In this document: positions 44,975 to 58,715 of the stretch, in pieces
Numbering within the stretch: position 1 is the stretch's first letter
How the letters are laid out: each line of letters begins with the position of its first letter
Source: Octopus vulgaris
Lineage: Eukaryota
Assembly: GCA_951406725.2 (NCBI GenBank)
Contig: OX597832.1
Location: 33,418,001 to 33,482,000 of the forward strand
Length of the DNA: 64,000 nt
Reading direction: 5' to 3'
The notes under the pieces: generated by a model
What the model saw: the letters and a program-made list of their open reading frames with translations, nothing else
What the model was told of the DNA's origin: nothing
The model's database searches: none
Position numbers and translations under genes: made by a program

Positions 44975-45711
44975 TATTTCTCATAAAATTTATCAAAGTT
45001 CTGATCATTGCTTTCTTCTGTGTACGGCAACTGATTGGTACTCAGACCTTTTATTGGTTTCCTACCAAACAACTAAAAATAGTTTCATGCAGTTAGGTTT
45101 CGTCTTTGATACAGTCTTTATATTTTACTGGCCGATAGGTGTATATTGTATCCACTAGTGTAGCATCAGATGATTAACAAACGCATGTTTAATTAACGCC
45201 TTTCTGAATTATCACACAAAATTCGAAAATTCAATTAGCATATATATCGAGATGTGTTCGTCTGTCACATACGAGGAAGTGAATCGATATATTGATCTAT
45301 ATGAATAGACGAAATAACTAGAATTTAATTTAACAAAATTTAAATATGGTAGAACAATCCCAAATACAGATATGGAACCAGCAGAACCAAGATGTACCGA
45401 AACAGACATTTGTTGTAACAAACTTTTTGGAGCTTAGTCTTGTTATTACCATTGTTGTCGATGAAGATGTTAATCATCTTTAAAAAAGACCACGCGCCAG
45501 CACACACACATACACACACACACACACACATACACACCAACACACACGAAGACACACAAACACACAAGCACATTTCACCTGTTTAGACGCATCCACAAAT
45601 GTGTAGCAAATTAATTACTATAATTATCTGCTCTATCTGATATACGTTATTTGTTTTAATTGCAATCATTAACTATTTAATTCATATATAGTTTGTCTTG
45701 ATGTAAACCCG

Positions 45712-45743
<32 letters not shown>

Positions 45744-45827
45744 CATACATATATATGTATATGTGTATGTGTATGTGCGTGTGTGATTACTCAAACACAT
45801 ATATATACATATATATGCAAATGTATA

Positions 45828-45882
<55 letters not shown>

Positions 45883-46282
45883 AGATAGATAGATTGATAG
45901 ATAGATACGTAGCAATTTATATTTGTATACAATATATATATATACATATATATATACACATACACCTTTCAAATACATTATATTAACAGTTCAGACTGTT
46001 TGGAAATTAATCTCGGTCTCAAATCTTATAGATCTTTATACGACAGGTTGGTCACGGTTATAACGCCGTTGAGCTGATCATAGTAACGTTCGATGTAAAG
46101 GGAGCTTAATTTAATCGAATATATGACAACAGCATAAACCAACAATCGATGTTTTTTGTACGTAGGGAACATTTATATGTCCGTTATGAGTTGTAAGACA
46201 AATAGTCACACATATTATGGGACATTAACTCACATTGCACATATCCACTTTCCTTACATATACATTTATAATTATAGTAATC

Positions 46283-46458
46283 TGTTCTACTTTAGGCACA
46301 AGGCCTGAAATTTGGGTGAAGTGGGGCAGATGATTACATCACCCCGTGCTCAAAAGATACTTATTTTATCGATCGAAAAAAATCAATGGCAAAGTCACAA
46401 CGGAAAGTCGGTCTCCAAGCAGTTTATACGGCATGTTATAGATTCTGCCAGTTGGCCG
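46283..46458 (-). mobile_element. SINE family A, degraded
   Basis: TTCTACTTTAGGCACAAGGCCTGAAATTT..GATTCTGCCAG. Confidence 0.7.
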
Positions 46459-46488
46459 GATGAATAATAATGATTAAAAAAAATAATA

Positions 46489-46636
46489 ATGCCCCGATAC
46501 AATAGCAGGCAGTGGCTGTCGTGGCTACTGGTCTTCACTGATTGAAAATGATATCATGTAGATGTTTTGTTTTGGTTTAAAAGATGGGCTGAAGCAAACA
46601 TTCTGCTCATTACAACAGACTTGATTGTCAGTTGCT
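46489..46636. mobile_element. Element Y, copy 2 (left end only)
   Basis: ATGCCCCGATACAATAGCAGGCAGTGGCT..AAAGATGGGCT is colinear with 53271-53420; follows AAT repeats. Confidence 0.75.
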
Positions 46637-46747
46637 TGTCCAGAGGACGTCCCAGGGTCCCACAGTCTCTTGTTCTAATCAATCGAGTGTGTCATCAACA
46701 TATTTGCCATGACGAAGTTGTTCTCCAATAACGAATCTGGAGCATAC

Positions 46748-46821
<74 letters not shown>

Positions 46822-46875
46822 CAAAAACAACAACAACAACAACAACAATAACTATAGTAATAATAATTATAATAT

Positions 46876-47073
<198 letters not shown>

Positions 47074-47082
47074 CAACGGTAA

Positions 47083-47165
47083 GGTAGCGTGGCCAACCGG
47101 TCTAAGGCGCTGGTTTAAGGAAACCAGTCACTTCGGAGGCGTGGGTTCGAATCCCACCGCTGCCA
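47083..47165 (+). tRNA. tRNA-Leu(AAG)-derived gene, probably a variant or pseudogene (8-nt anticodon loop)
   Basis: GGTAGCGTGGCC..GGTCTAAGGCGCTGGTTTAAGG..GTGGGTTCGAATCCCACCGCTGCCA is nearly the metazoan Leu-AAG sequence; acceptor and T arms intact; AAG at 47117-47119. Confidence 0.85.
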
Positions 47166-47172
47166 GCTTAAC

Positions 47173-47178
47173 TTTTTT
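47173..47178 (+). terminator. Pol III terminator (T6) after the tRNA
   Basis: TTTTTT begins 8 nt after the discriminator base. Confidence 0.65.
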
Positions 47179-47234
47179 AATGGCGAGAGCTGAAACTAGA
47201 TAAAATTAAAAATTAAAAAACACAACAACAACAA

Positions 47235-47784
47235 CTGCCCTGTTGCAGTCGCAACCATTGGCTTTTGTGGCTTCTCATCTTAACTGCTTTAAAGTGCTAT
47301 CTTGTAAATTTTTTTGTGTAAAAGTGGGACTACAGCAAATATGCTGCTCAAAACCAAAGATTTGCTTGTCAGTTGTTTGACCTTAACCGGTTGAGAATGT
47401 CACTTGGTGGTTGACGATGTTTGCATCTCTAATCACGAACTGAAGTAGTGGGGGAGCATCATAGTCATGTGTTGAGAGGGATTCTTTGGGGTTTGAATAA
47501 TTCACCTATGGAAACATGGGTGTTTCGTTCAACATCCTTAAACAATCCTTATTCAGGGACCTTTTCAGCGGGATGGGCTACTCGACCAGAAGAAAATTCT
47601 AAATGTGCCCCACCCGCAAGTTCATGTTCTGTTTATCTTGATATGAAATCACCACGTCGTGCACACATCGTTGTGATGCATGCGCCTAGTGTACCCTTAT
47701 CAGACGTGTAGCCATGATGGGTATAGTGGGCTTCGTATATTTTACCCCAGTGTCACTTTGATGACATGCACTGCTCTCTCACTC
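47235..47784. mobile_element. Element Y, copy 3 (full length, diverged)
   Basis: Colinear with 53271-53830 from TGCCCTGTTGCAGT to CTGCTCTCTCACTC. Confidence 0.88.
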
Positions 47785-48799
47785 AGTATCATTATTATTA
47801 TTATTATTATTATAGAAAAATATTAAAGAATCGGTAGTAGCAGCAGCAGCACCAGCAGCAGCACATACTACTCCAACGTGCATATCTGTCCAACGGGTTT
47901 TTAATCAGCGTCATTAAAGTGAAACATCATCAAAACCACACCACCACCACCACCACCCATCGTTACTAATGTCCACCTCCTCACCCTCATCCTCATCCTC
48001 ATCATCATTATCATCATCGTCGATTATTATGTTTTTGTTGTTGTTTTGGTGCTTGTGGTGGTGGTGGTGGTGGTGGTGGTGCTGATGGTGGTGGTGGTGC
48101 TGATGGTGGTGGTGGTGCTGATGGTGGTTGGCAATCATTTTAAGAAGACCCCCGCCCCACCCGCTACTTCCCCACTGTTCATTAGCATCTTTTTTGGGTA
48201 TCAAATTAAATGCTGTAATTATCCGCTCTATGTGATATAGTATATTTACTTTAATTACAGTAATTAACTATTCAATCCATTTATATATATTTAACTGTCT
48301 TCATATAATTTCGGAAGAGTTTTATAGATTTCATTCTTTCTTCATTTCAAATATCATATTTTATTAACGGTTCAACTAGCGAACATATTTTTGGCAACTT
48401 TCTGAAAATTATATAATCAAGTGCTGCCTACCAAATTATTGATCGCTGCCCTTAATCTATTTATATCAGATTTTAAACAGATTAATATAAAACAGCATAA
48501 TTTTGGCGAGTGCTATATTACGACGAAGCTGGAAACATTTTGCCGTTATGCTAGCATCTGTCCTTGTTTTTCAATTCTTTATTGATACGAAAACATGCCA
48601 AGGACGATAATCACATGAAACAGGGAAAATGTCCCCTTACTTTTTATTCTCGCTACTCGCAATAAACGTTTTTTTCTGATGCGGCCATGGACGAATTGCA
48701 TTGAATCCTGGTGTGTCATGAATTACATCCGAAGAATTTTTGGTAGGTCCTCAAGGTTTTGGAGTGGTTGTCAATAACATCAGCTTCATATTCGATGCA

Positions 48800-48965
48800 T
48801 TTCCAGGTAATGGAGTCCTTAAGAAATAGGATTCGAATGCCTGATGCTTAGTACGACAGGATAGAGCCATGCAAACTGCTTCTCCTATCGTTCTCGTTTG
48901 TTGAATCGCTATGTTACAGCCGTGTAAATACACCAAGACCGGTTCGGAAACGGTGGTGGGGACAA
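48800..48965 (-). mobile_element. SINE family B fragment
   Basis: GTAAATACACCAAGACCGGTT..CGGTGGTGGGGACAAA is the reverse complement of the family B body. Confidence 0.55.
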
Positions 48966-49018
48966 ATGCATACACAAACGCACACACATACATGCATGTA
49001 TACAGATATATACATATG

Positions 49019-49070
<52 letters not shown>

Positions 49071-50055
49071 CGGTTATATATGTGTGTGTGTGAGTGTGCA
49101 CGCAAGCGTATGTACATTTTGAAGGAGGGTGGAGATGATCGTGGAGGGTGACAAATTAAGATATATATATATACACATATATAGACATAAATATCTACAT
49201 ATATATACATATATTTACAAATAGAAATATTAATAATTTACCAGCCTCCACACCCATCCCCACCCACTTTCAATACTACAAGTACTTACGCCTACATTTA
49301 CCTCTACTAGATTGTACACTACACACACGCGCACTTAACATTGGACACCCATTAATTCTTAGATCTTATTATTTACTACTATCTTCTCTCCTCCTCTTCT
49401 AGACTTTGAATTTTACTACTCAACCATCTCTAGAAGCATACATTATTCTTTCTATCGACCGCAAATACTTTTCCCCTACTTCTTCCCTCTACACTACTCT
49501 ATTCATGTCATTCCTTATTCCTCTCTCTCACTAACTCGGCTTAAATGACCCCATTGAAAGCCAAATGTGAAATGACCCCGCTTAAATTCTTTAATTGTAA
49601 CTCACCCACTTCCTTATATATATTTTTATGTCTTTACTTCTTATAAAGCATTTATATCTTCACAGTTATATTCTCCACTCAAACTGTGCTTTCTACGCAA
49701 TCTGATCGAATCCTCCGTGTGTTAACATGGGCCTCCTAACGACAGAGTAAACTCCATTTAATACGATATCCTTGGCCTGAAGAGTTACCTGCGGTATACA
49801 CTTCGCTTGGATATTTACCCCTTCCGAGGTTTCGTTCGCCCGGAATTTATCTACTCCATTCCTTAACTCATTGATTTCCCTGGCAACCCTGGCAACCCTG
49901 GCTGTCAACCGGGAAATATAAAATAATCTTTTTCAGCTTCTTGTACTTCGATACGGGAATAATTCACAAACTTATGCCCCAGTAGACCGCTATTGTTCCT
50001 GGATGTTGTTTTATATATTTTCTACGGATTGCTTGTATCTTACATTTACATATAT

Positions 50056-50110
<55 letters not shown>

Positions 50111-51149
50111 TACACACATATAAATATATGTATAGGTATTATAGATATAGATACACACACACACGAGACACGAGTGAGTGGACATATATACTGTAAAGAG
50201 AGAGAGTGCAAGAGAAGGTCAAAGAGAAAGAACCCCTTGAGGAGAGAAATAGAGAATTTGGTGATCAAATAAGTTCAAATGAATCCTTCTAATACAATGT
50301 TCGCCTTGCTTAGTACAACTGATAACATAATCCGTTCTCTAACAAATGAAAAAGGATTTTTTCTTAATCTATTCTCTACAATAAAATATTATTTTCTGCA
50401 TTAGAGTAAAATGCCATTTTTTTCTGAGAACGAAAACCAATAGAAATAAATCATACACATCTCTTTATAACACCCGCACCTGCTTCTCCCTAACAACTTC
50501 GAACTTGTATGTTCTCTATAGCTGTAAACGTGTTGTTTTCTTTTTTTTTATTACTGACGAAGTGTTAAGGAAAAAATGTCATAACGTATTTACGTGGTGA
50601 CTATCAATAATGCAAGAAACGGAGGTGACATGTGGGCTCTATAATTTTGTCAAGTGCGGGGTATGTCTAACAACTTAAAGCAGGTGTTTTATTTTTATTT
50701 CCTAGAAAAATGCAAATTTATGGATATTGGCCAGAAATTAATATGATAATTTAATTAGAAGTGAATTAATTCGACATTCGATTTGTTTTAATGGATCTTC
50801 ATGTAGTCCTGTTATCAGCTGGAAGTCTTCGTCGAGCTACTCAGTTCGAAGACGAACTGTATCTGGTTACACTCCTATTAGAAATAGAAATAGAAGTCAC
50901 ATATCCCCACATATCATACTCAGATACCTGAAATAATGAAGGGTATATTTGAAAAATATAATTTAATGGACGTCCCCTGATGGAAGATATTAAGCAATGG
51001 TGAACATAATGAGGGCTGACCTGGAGTGAAACAACAACAGCTGTGTTCCCTGAACTCGCCTCATCATTGAGTGAAAAACTGCAAACATACATATTGCTGG
51101 CGATGATCATGAAAACGATTTCGGAAAAGGTGATTTTGGTGGGAGGGAG

Positions 51150-51956
51150 ATGGCGACATTGTTGGTAATTACAACCACGATAACGACGACGATGATGATG
51201 ATGATGATCATGACGTCAATGGCGAGGATGATGGCTGTCTTTGATGACGAAGATGATTATCATGATATTGATGATGATGATGATGTGAATGATGACGGCG
51301 ATGAGAGGAATGATACTTGTGTTTGTAATGTGGTGAAGAGGACAACGAGGAGGCGTAGAAAGATCAGGACTAAGGTTATGATGGCGATGATGATGATGGT
51401 GATGATGAAGATGATGATGATGAGAGTGATAATAACGACGACGACGACGGTAGCGATTGGTGGTGAGAATAATAATGATGATAATTATAAAGGAATGAAA
51501 GAAGAAAAAAATCGAAAATTAAAGTTAAAAATACGGGTAAAATGGAGAAAGTAAAACAGGTGAAGCTGTGCGGTGTAAGGCAGAGAGAAAGTTGCGAATA
51601 ATTAGCAATAACATCCATTAGCAATAATAAAGGAGGAGAAACACAATAATTGCAACAGGGACAAAGACTGCTGCGACGACGACGATAGAGAACGAGGACA
51701 CCGCCTGCCACACCAACCCAACCTGCATCAACAACAACAACAACAACAACGACCACCACCATGATGACAATGACGACTCTCACTCCTATGACTTCTAGAA
51801 CAACATCAATAACAATCTGACATAAACGAAATAAAAAAAAAGGGAAGATTTCACAAATGAAAACACAAAATGTGAGACCAAAATGGTGGAATGAAGTTAG
51901 GGCAGGCGTGATGGTGATGTTGGTAGTGCTGCTTGTTGTTGTTGTGGTGGTGGTGG

Positions 51957-51987
<31 letters not shown>

Positions 51988-52672
51988 GCTGGTGGATGTT
52001 GTTAGTGGTGATGAGGTGATAGATGTGGTTTGCAGGGCGGTGGCGCTGAAAGTGATGATCACGTGGTGGAGGTATTGGTGGTGGGGAATTTGGGCTGTGA
52101 AGATGTTGGTTGCTCTTCGAGTGGGTTCGACGGTGGAAATGAGATGGTTGTGGTGGTGGTGGTGTTCGGGATGTTTACTGGCGGCGGTGGCAGGGATTGC
52201 ATTTGCTGTAGTTGTTGTTAGTGGTGGTGGTGGTGGTGGTGGTTATGGTGGTAAGTGGTAGTGATGGTGTGAATGTGGTGTGGTGGTTTCAGAAGGATTA
52301 GCTCTTCGGACTATTAGAGAATTGTGACAGTTTGAACTTAATTTGATTAATGGATCACGGATATTTGACAAAAGCTAATGGATCGAAGATGAAATGAGGA
52401 TGCTTGTTGCGTTTTTGCAAGAATGATAGCCTGCCTCAAAAACAACGACAACAACAACGACAACAACGACAACAACAACAACAACAACAACAACAGCAAC
52501 AACAATAGCAATAATAGTAGGAATAAAAATAGGAATAATAAGAATAGGAATATTAGCAGCAGTAGTAATTATGACAGCAATAATATTAATGGTAATAATA
52601 ATAATGGATAATAATAACAATAACATCAGTAAAAATAATCAAAGTAAAAATACTAACGTTGTTAGAAATCGG

Positions 52673-52753
<81 letters not shown>

Positions 52754-52772
52754 TTAATAATAATAATAATAA

Positions 52773-52848
<76 letters not shown>

Positions 52849-52901
52849 TAATGAAAATAATAATAATAATGAAAATAATAATAATAATGAGAATAATAAT
52901 A

Positions 52902-52932
<31 letters not shown>

Positions 52933-53048
52933 TTATAATAATAATAATAGTAATAATAATAATAATGACGATAAGGAAAATAATAATAATAATAATAATA
53001 ATAACAACAAAAACAACAACAACGATGACAATAATAATAATAATAATG

Positions 53049-53088
<40 letters not shown>

Positions 53089-53162
53089 TAATAATAATAA
53101 TAACAATAATAATAATGATAATAATAATAATAATATTAATAATAATAACAATAATAATAATG

Positions 53163-53232
<70 letters not shown>
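51150..53232. repeat. Low-complexity trinucleotide region (GAT, GGT, CAA) ending in (AAT)n
   Basis: Directly visible. Confidence 0.9.
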
Positions 53233-53233
<1 letters not shown>

Positions 53234-53234
53234 C

Positions 53235-53830
53235 ATGCCCTGATGCAGTAAATGCCCTGATGCAGTATAAATGCCCTGATGCAGTACCAGGCAGTGGCTC
53301 TCATGGCTTCTGATCTTAACTGATTGGAAGTGTTATCATGTACATTGTTTTGTCTTGGTATAAAAGATGGGCTACAGCAAATATTCTGCTCAATACCACA
53401 GATTTGCTTGTCAGTTGTTTGACCTTAACCAGTTGAGCATGTCCCTTAGTGGCTGACGATATGTGCATCTCTGATCACGAGCGGAAGTAGTGGGGGAGCA
53501 TCATAGCCATGTGTTGAGAGGGATTCTATAGAGTTTGAATAATTCACCTCTGGAAACATAGGTGTTTCGTTCAACATCCTTAAACAAACAACCCTTATTC
53601 AAGGACCTTTTGAGCGGGATGGGTTACTCGACCAGAAGACAATTCTAACTGGGCCCCACCTGCAAGGTCATGTGCTGTTTATCTTGATATGAGATCACCA
53701 TGTCGCGCACATATGGTTGTGATGCATGTGCCTGGTGTACCCTTATCAGACGGGTAGTCATGATGGGTATACTGGGCTTCGTATATTTTACCCCAGTGTC
53801 ACTTTGATGGCATGCACTGCTCTCTCACTC
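53235..53830. mobile_element. Element Y, copy 4 (full length, triplicated left end), inside (AAT)n
   Basis: ATGCCCTGATGCAGTA three times at the left end; (AAT)n on both sides; no meaningful ORF. Confidence 0.9.
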
Positions 53831-53861
53831 AATAATAATAATAATAACAATAATAATAATG

Positions 53862-53967
<106 letters not shown>

Positions 53968-53999
53968 TAATAGCAATACCATAAGCGAAAATAAGATTA

Positions 54000-54200
54000 A
54001 TTTCAAATTTGGCACAAGGCCAGCAATTTGCGTTGGGTGTGTGTAAGTAGAGTAGATTGACCTCAGTGTTCAACGGGTACTTATTTTATCGATTCTGAAA
54101 TAGATGAAAGGTAAAGTCTTGGACTCTCAATGTAAAGGCGGACGAAATGCCGTCAAGCATTTTGTCCGGCGTCCTTAACGATTCTGCCAACTCACCACCT
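54000..54200 (-). mobile_element. SINE family A, degraded
   Basis: TTTGGCACAAGGCCAGCAATTT..GATGAAAGGTAAAGTC..TAACGATTCTGCCAACTCACC. Confidence 0.75.
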
Positions 54201-54201
54201 G

Positions 54202-54482
<281 letters not shown>

Positions 54483-55019
54483 TGTAACCTGTTCTTGCAT
54501 ATGAGATACAGTTACTGGCAATATGACATTAGGCAGAGAAAAACGTAAAATGTGAGATGTACGAGAAAAGAAAGCTTAAATAATGATAAAATTTAAATAA
54601 ATTAAGTAAAAAAAAATGACACATTTAAAAAAGTTTCATTATGAGAAAAAATGATTATTATATGAATAAATAGTAAAAAGTAAGACTGAATGAGATAGAA
54701 AAAATCTTTTAACCAAAGTAAATTAACTAAAAATATGAATAAATATAATGTAGAATTTAAAAAATTAAAACAATTGCAAAAAAACTCAACAGGAATTTTG
54801 TAATTTTTGAAAAAGCGGAGGAATTTCTATAGAAAAATTTTAATCTATTCTTTAAGATAACCAGGAATTCCATTATGGTAATTAATATTTCAGTTTGTGT
54901 TCATTTTTACGTTGTTTTATTTTGTTTTTGTTTGTTCTGCGTGTGTATTTTTTAAATTTTTGTTTTATATTAAAGCTAGTTTTGGTATCTGAAAATTTCA
55001 GATTAAGGAAACCACAGAA

Positions 55020-55082
<63 letters not shown>

Positions 55083-55340
55083 CGCGTATGTATGTATTTG
55101 TAAATATTTTTTATGAATGGATATGGATACATATGTATATGAATATATCAGATGGGTTAATAGATAGCTTACGGGATAAACAGAAAGTTATATACATAGG
55201 TAGATAGATAGATGGATTGTTAGATAAATAGATAGGTAGATAGAATAGATCGATAGATAGAATAGATTGACAGATAGCTAGATAGATAGACAGACAGACA
55301 GACAGATAGATAGATAGATAGATAAATAGATAGACAGATG

Positions 55341-55403
<63 letters not shown>

Positions 55404-55404
<1 letters not shown>

Positions 55405-55817
55405 TGTTTCTTTATTAGCGAGATAGACGGGGCAAATTATAAGGTAGAGCTATTCTTTTGGGGGAGAAAAAAAGGGGGTAGATTTTCTATCAAAAGGGAT
55501 CGAAAAAAGGAAAGTAAAAGGAAAGAGAAAGAGGAAAGAAAAAGGGAGAAAACAATTAAAATAAATAAAAATCGATCAATAGGGATCGTGCATCACAGAA
55601 ATGTCATGATATAAAGTGTAAAGGGGGAAACATATGAGGTTTATCCGTGGAAAGAAATGCATACGGAAAAGACCACGGTAACCTCGGTCAATAATGTCGC
55701 ATGCTAACACATTTATTTGCAAGTAACTCTCTGTTTAAATTTTTTCCGGGTTCATAGGATCATACTGGAGGTAGCTTCGTCATTCATACGCGCCATCCTT
55801 GCTACATTCACCCATGC
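55404..55817 (-). mobile_element. Probable L1/Tx1-like LINE 3' end next to (GATA)n
   Basis: Minus strand WVNVARMARMND, then a pyrimidine-rich UTR ending CTAATAAAGAAACATA and (TATC)n; family assignment from memory. Confidence 0.5.
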
Positions 55818-55960
55818 AGCACCAGTTTGTTCCGAATTCATTTCCTGGATACCTGATACCATCTACATGTCTCCGATGTTGTTCCACACCAGTGATTCTC
55901 TGGACTCGATTGCTTCCATCGACAAATATACTGCTACGCTATTATCTACAATTCTGAAGT

Positions 55961-56150
55961 CGGCGAGCTGGCAGAATATTTAGCACGGCGGGCGAAATGC
56001 TTAGCGTTCTTTCGTCTGCCGCAACGTACTGAGTTCAAATTCCACCGAGCCCAACTTTGCCTTTCATGCTTTCGGGGTTGATAAACTAAGTACCAGTTGC
56101 GAACTAGGGGCGAATTAATTTCGGGCCTTGTGCCTTGAGTAGAAAAGACT
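55961..56150 (+). mobile_element. SINE family A
   Basis: GGCGAGCTGGCAGAAT..GAAATGCTTAGC..GAGTTCAAATTCC..AAGTACCAGTT..GGCCTTGTGCC. Confidence 0.88.
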
Positions 56151-56182
56151 ATTTAGTATTTGGAATTATGTGTGTGTGTTTG

Positions 56183-56222
<40 letters not shown>

Positions 56223-56226
56223 TAGT

Positions 56227-56602
56227 ATTGTTTTTAAATCACTCAGAGAGAGGCATGCAGTACAATGTTTTTCAAGTAAAATCTAATTGCCAACCTAATA
56301 TGGCTGTCCTGGAAGGGATGCTGTTACTGTTTCTAAGCCCCCAGAAACATCGTTTCTAGCTGAAGGTAGTAACTCTGGAACTAGATCACAGATGTTGCAT
56401 TGTGTAGAGCGGGAAAGCTGAATTTTGGTTTCGAAAATATAACGGCACAGATAATGTATCGTTTCCCAGCTATAAATGATGTTTCTCGGGGTTTATAAAC
56501 AGTAACAACAGCCCGTACAGGACAGCCATATTATGTTGGCAATTAAATTTTACTTTAAAGAAATATCCCTGCATGTCTCTATCTGAGAGATTTAGAAATA
56601 AT
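56227..56602. mobile_element. Fold-back (MITE-like) element with ~135-bp inverted arms
   Basis: Arms about 56227-56362 and 56467-56602, e.g. TAATTGCCAACCTAATATGGCTGTCCTG versus CAGGACAGCCATATTATGTTGGCAATTA. Confidence 0.88.
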
Positions 56603-56723
56603 TCTGTTTCTATTTACAGATCAGTGACTGTGAGTCAAACCGGGATTCTACTAAATATAATGTTCTGCCAATGCAGACCAACACGAATAATTTGCATTAC
56701 ATATATGTATATACATATATGTA

Positions 56724-56796
<73 letters not shown>

Positions 56797-56812
56797 GCAT
56801 ATATATATATAT

Positions 56813-57354
56813 AAGCACCTCAAAGGGCAATCACAAAAAAGATAGATGGCATGACAGGCCTCGACTATTGGGGTCGACTAGAAAAGCTAAAACTCTATTC
56901 TCTCCAACGTCGTCGTGAGCGCTACATCATCTACATGATGTGGAAAATATTCCATCAGCATTGCCCAAATGATGTTGGCATCACCTTTAAGGTACATCCA
57001 AGGCTTGGGCCCCGTGCCATCCGCCCAAAACAAAAATCGCACTCTCATCTCATAACAACAATACGGCACAATTATTTCACCTCAATTGGCCCCGCTCTCT
57101 TTAACATTACACCAAAACACATTAAAACAGAAACTGACCCTATAGGGTTCAAGAAGTCTTTGGACAGATTCCTTCAAGAAATCCCGGATAAACCCCCTAC
57201 ACCCGGATATGTCTCTGTAAACGATAACTCTCTACTTGAGTGGGCCATAGTGCCCAAATTCTGACTTGAAAGACTTCACCAGGTGGTGCTATTAAGTTAG
57301 ACATGGCCTGGGCCAATAATGGCCGAAACCTATCAAAGTATCAAAGTATCAAAG
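56813..57354 (+). mobile_element. CR1/L2-group LINE 3' end, copy 2
   Basis: ORF 56851-57264 is highly similar to 19206-19671 and uninterrupted to its stop; tail (TATCAAAG)3; flanked by (TA)n. Confidence 0.9.
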
Positions 57355-57406
57355 TATATATATATATACATATATGTATATATATATATATGTGTGTGTA
57401 TGTATG

Positions 57407-57444
<38 letters not shown>

Positions 57445-57973
57445 TATATATATACACACATATGTGTGTACCTGTATTTCTATAAGTGCCAACCCACACG
57501 CATATAGGGGTTACATAAATGAATGCCTATGTACACATCTGGTCCTCATATATTGCGAATATTTAATTCCATTAAAACTTTGTCCATATACAATTCGTCC
57601 GATTCGAACTCATTATATATCGCAAATATGGTAATTAGTTCTAAACTAATGAAAATTGACAATAAAAATTTTAAGAAACATTCATTCAATTTTTTTTTTA
57701 AATATTATTAAATGCCAAAATGTCAGTAAGATGTTGTTTATTACGAAATTCGGTTTTAGATGAGATGCTGGTATCTTAATTTTCGAGCGTCAAAAATAAA
57801 GTTTTTACTCAATCGAATTTAGTCTTGTAATAAATGCAAAAAATATAGGTATGATATTGTAATTTGTAATGTATTGAATGTATATTATTTGATTTTGTCT
57901 TCAATGATGATTGGGTGTATTACATTTACATGTGTATGTGTGTATATATGTTCGGTAGGAATTGTGTTGTAAA

Positions 57974-58240
57974 GGCGGTTAGCTTAGTGGGTAAGGTATT
58001 CGGCTCACGATTCTAAGGTCAGAGTTCGATTTTCAGTTGCACGTATCATCGTTGAGCAAGAAACTTTCTTTCGCCTTGATCTCGTCCACTGACATAAATG
58101 TATTTTGAAGGGTCAGCTTATATCATGTTGTGCGTCACTTTGGGTCCCCTTGAGAACTGCTGTGATTGGTGGAGTTCAATTATGCATCTATGAGCAACGC
58201 GCTCAGTTCATTGGTTGGTCAAGAATACTTCTTGTGACCA
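57974..58240 (+). mobile_element. SINE related to family C, degraded
   Basis: TAGCTTAGTGG A-box and GAGTTCGATT B-box; body resembles the reverse complement of 25786-26092. Confidence 0.6.
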
Positions 58241-58244
58241 AATG

Positions 58245-58458
58245 AGGTTTATTTTTCAACATAGTCGCCCTTGCGACCCACACATTTCTTCCATTTGTGT
58301 AGCTCTGTTTAGATACTGCTGGTGAGGGAACTTTCATCCTGTTGGTCAGAAAAGTCATCACCAGCAGATATGATACAGTTCTATATTTAAGAAATGAGGA
58401 ATTTTGTACATTATAGGGCTACTAACCTCAAGATTCCGAGTTCGATTCCAGGCAGTGA

Positions 58459-58489
<31 letters not shown>

Positions 58490-58493
58490 GATG

Positions 58494-58575
<82 letters not shown>

Positions 58576-58643
58576 TAATAATAATAATAATAAGAATAAT
58601 GCTAATAATAATAATAATGATAATAATAATGATGATAACAATG

Positions 58644-58715
<72 letters not shown>

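Noticed and set aside
49693-49908. 71-aa complex-looking minus ORF
   Set aside because: No recognisable domain or splice context; the start overlaps a 9-bp tandem repeat.
53453-53495. CTGACGA inside element Y
   Set aside because: No GAAA or NUH in register, and other copies read TTGATGA or TTGACGA.
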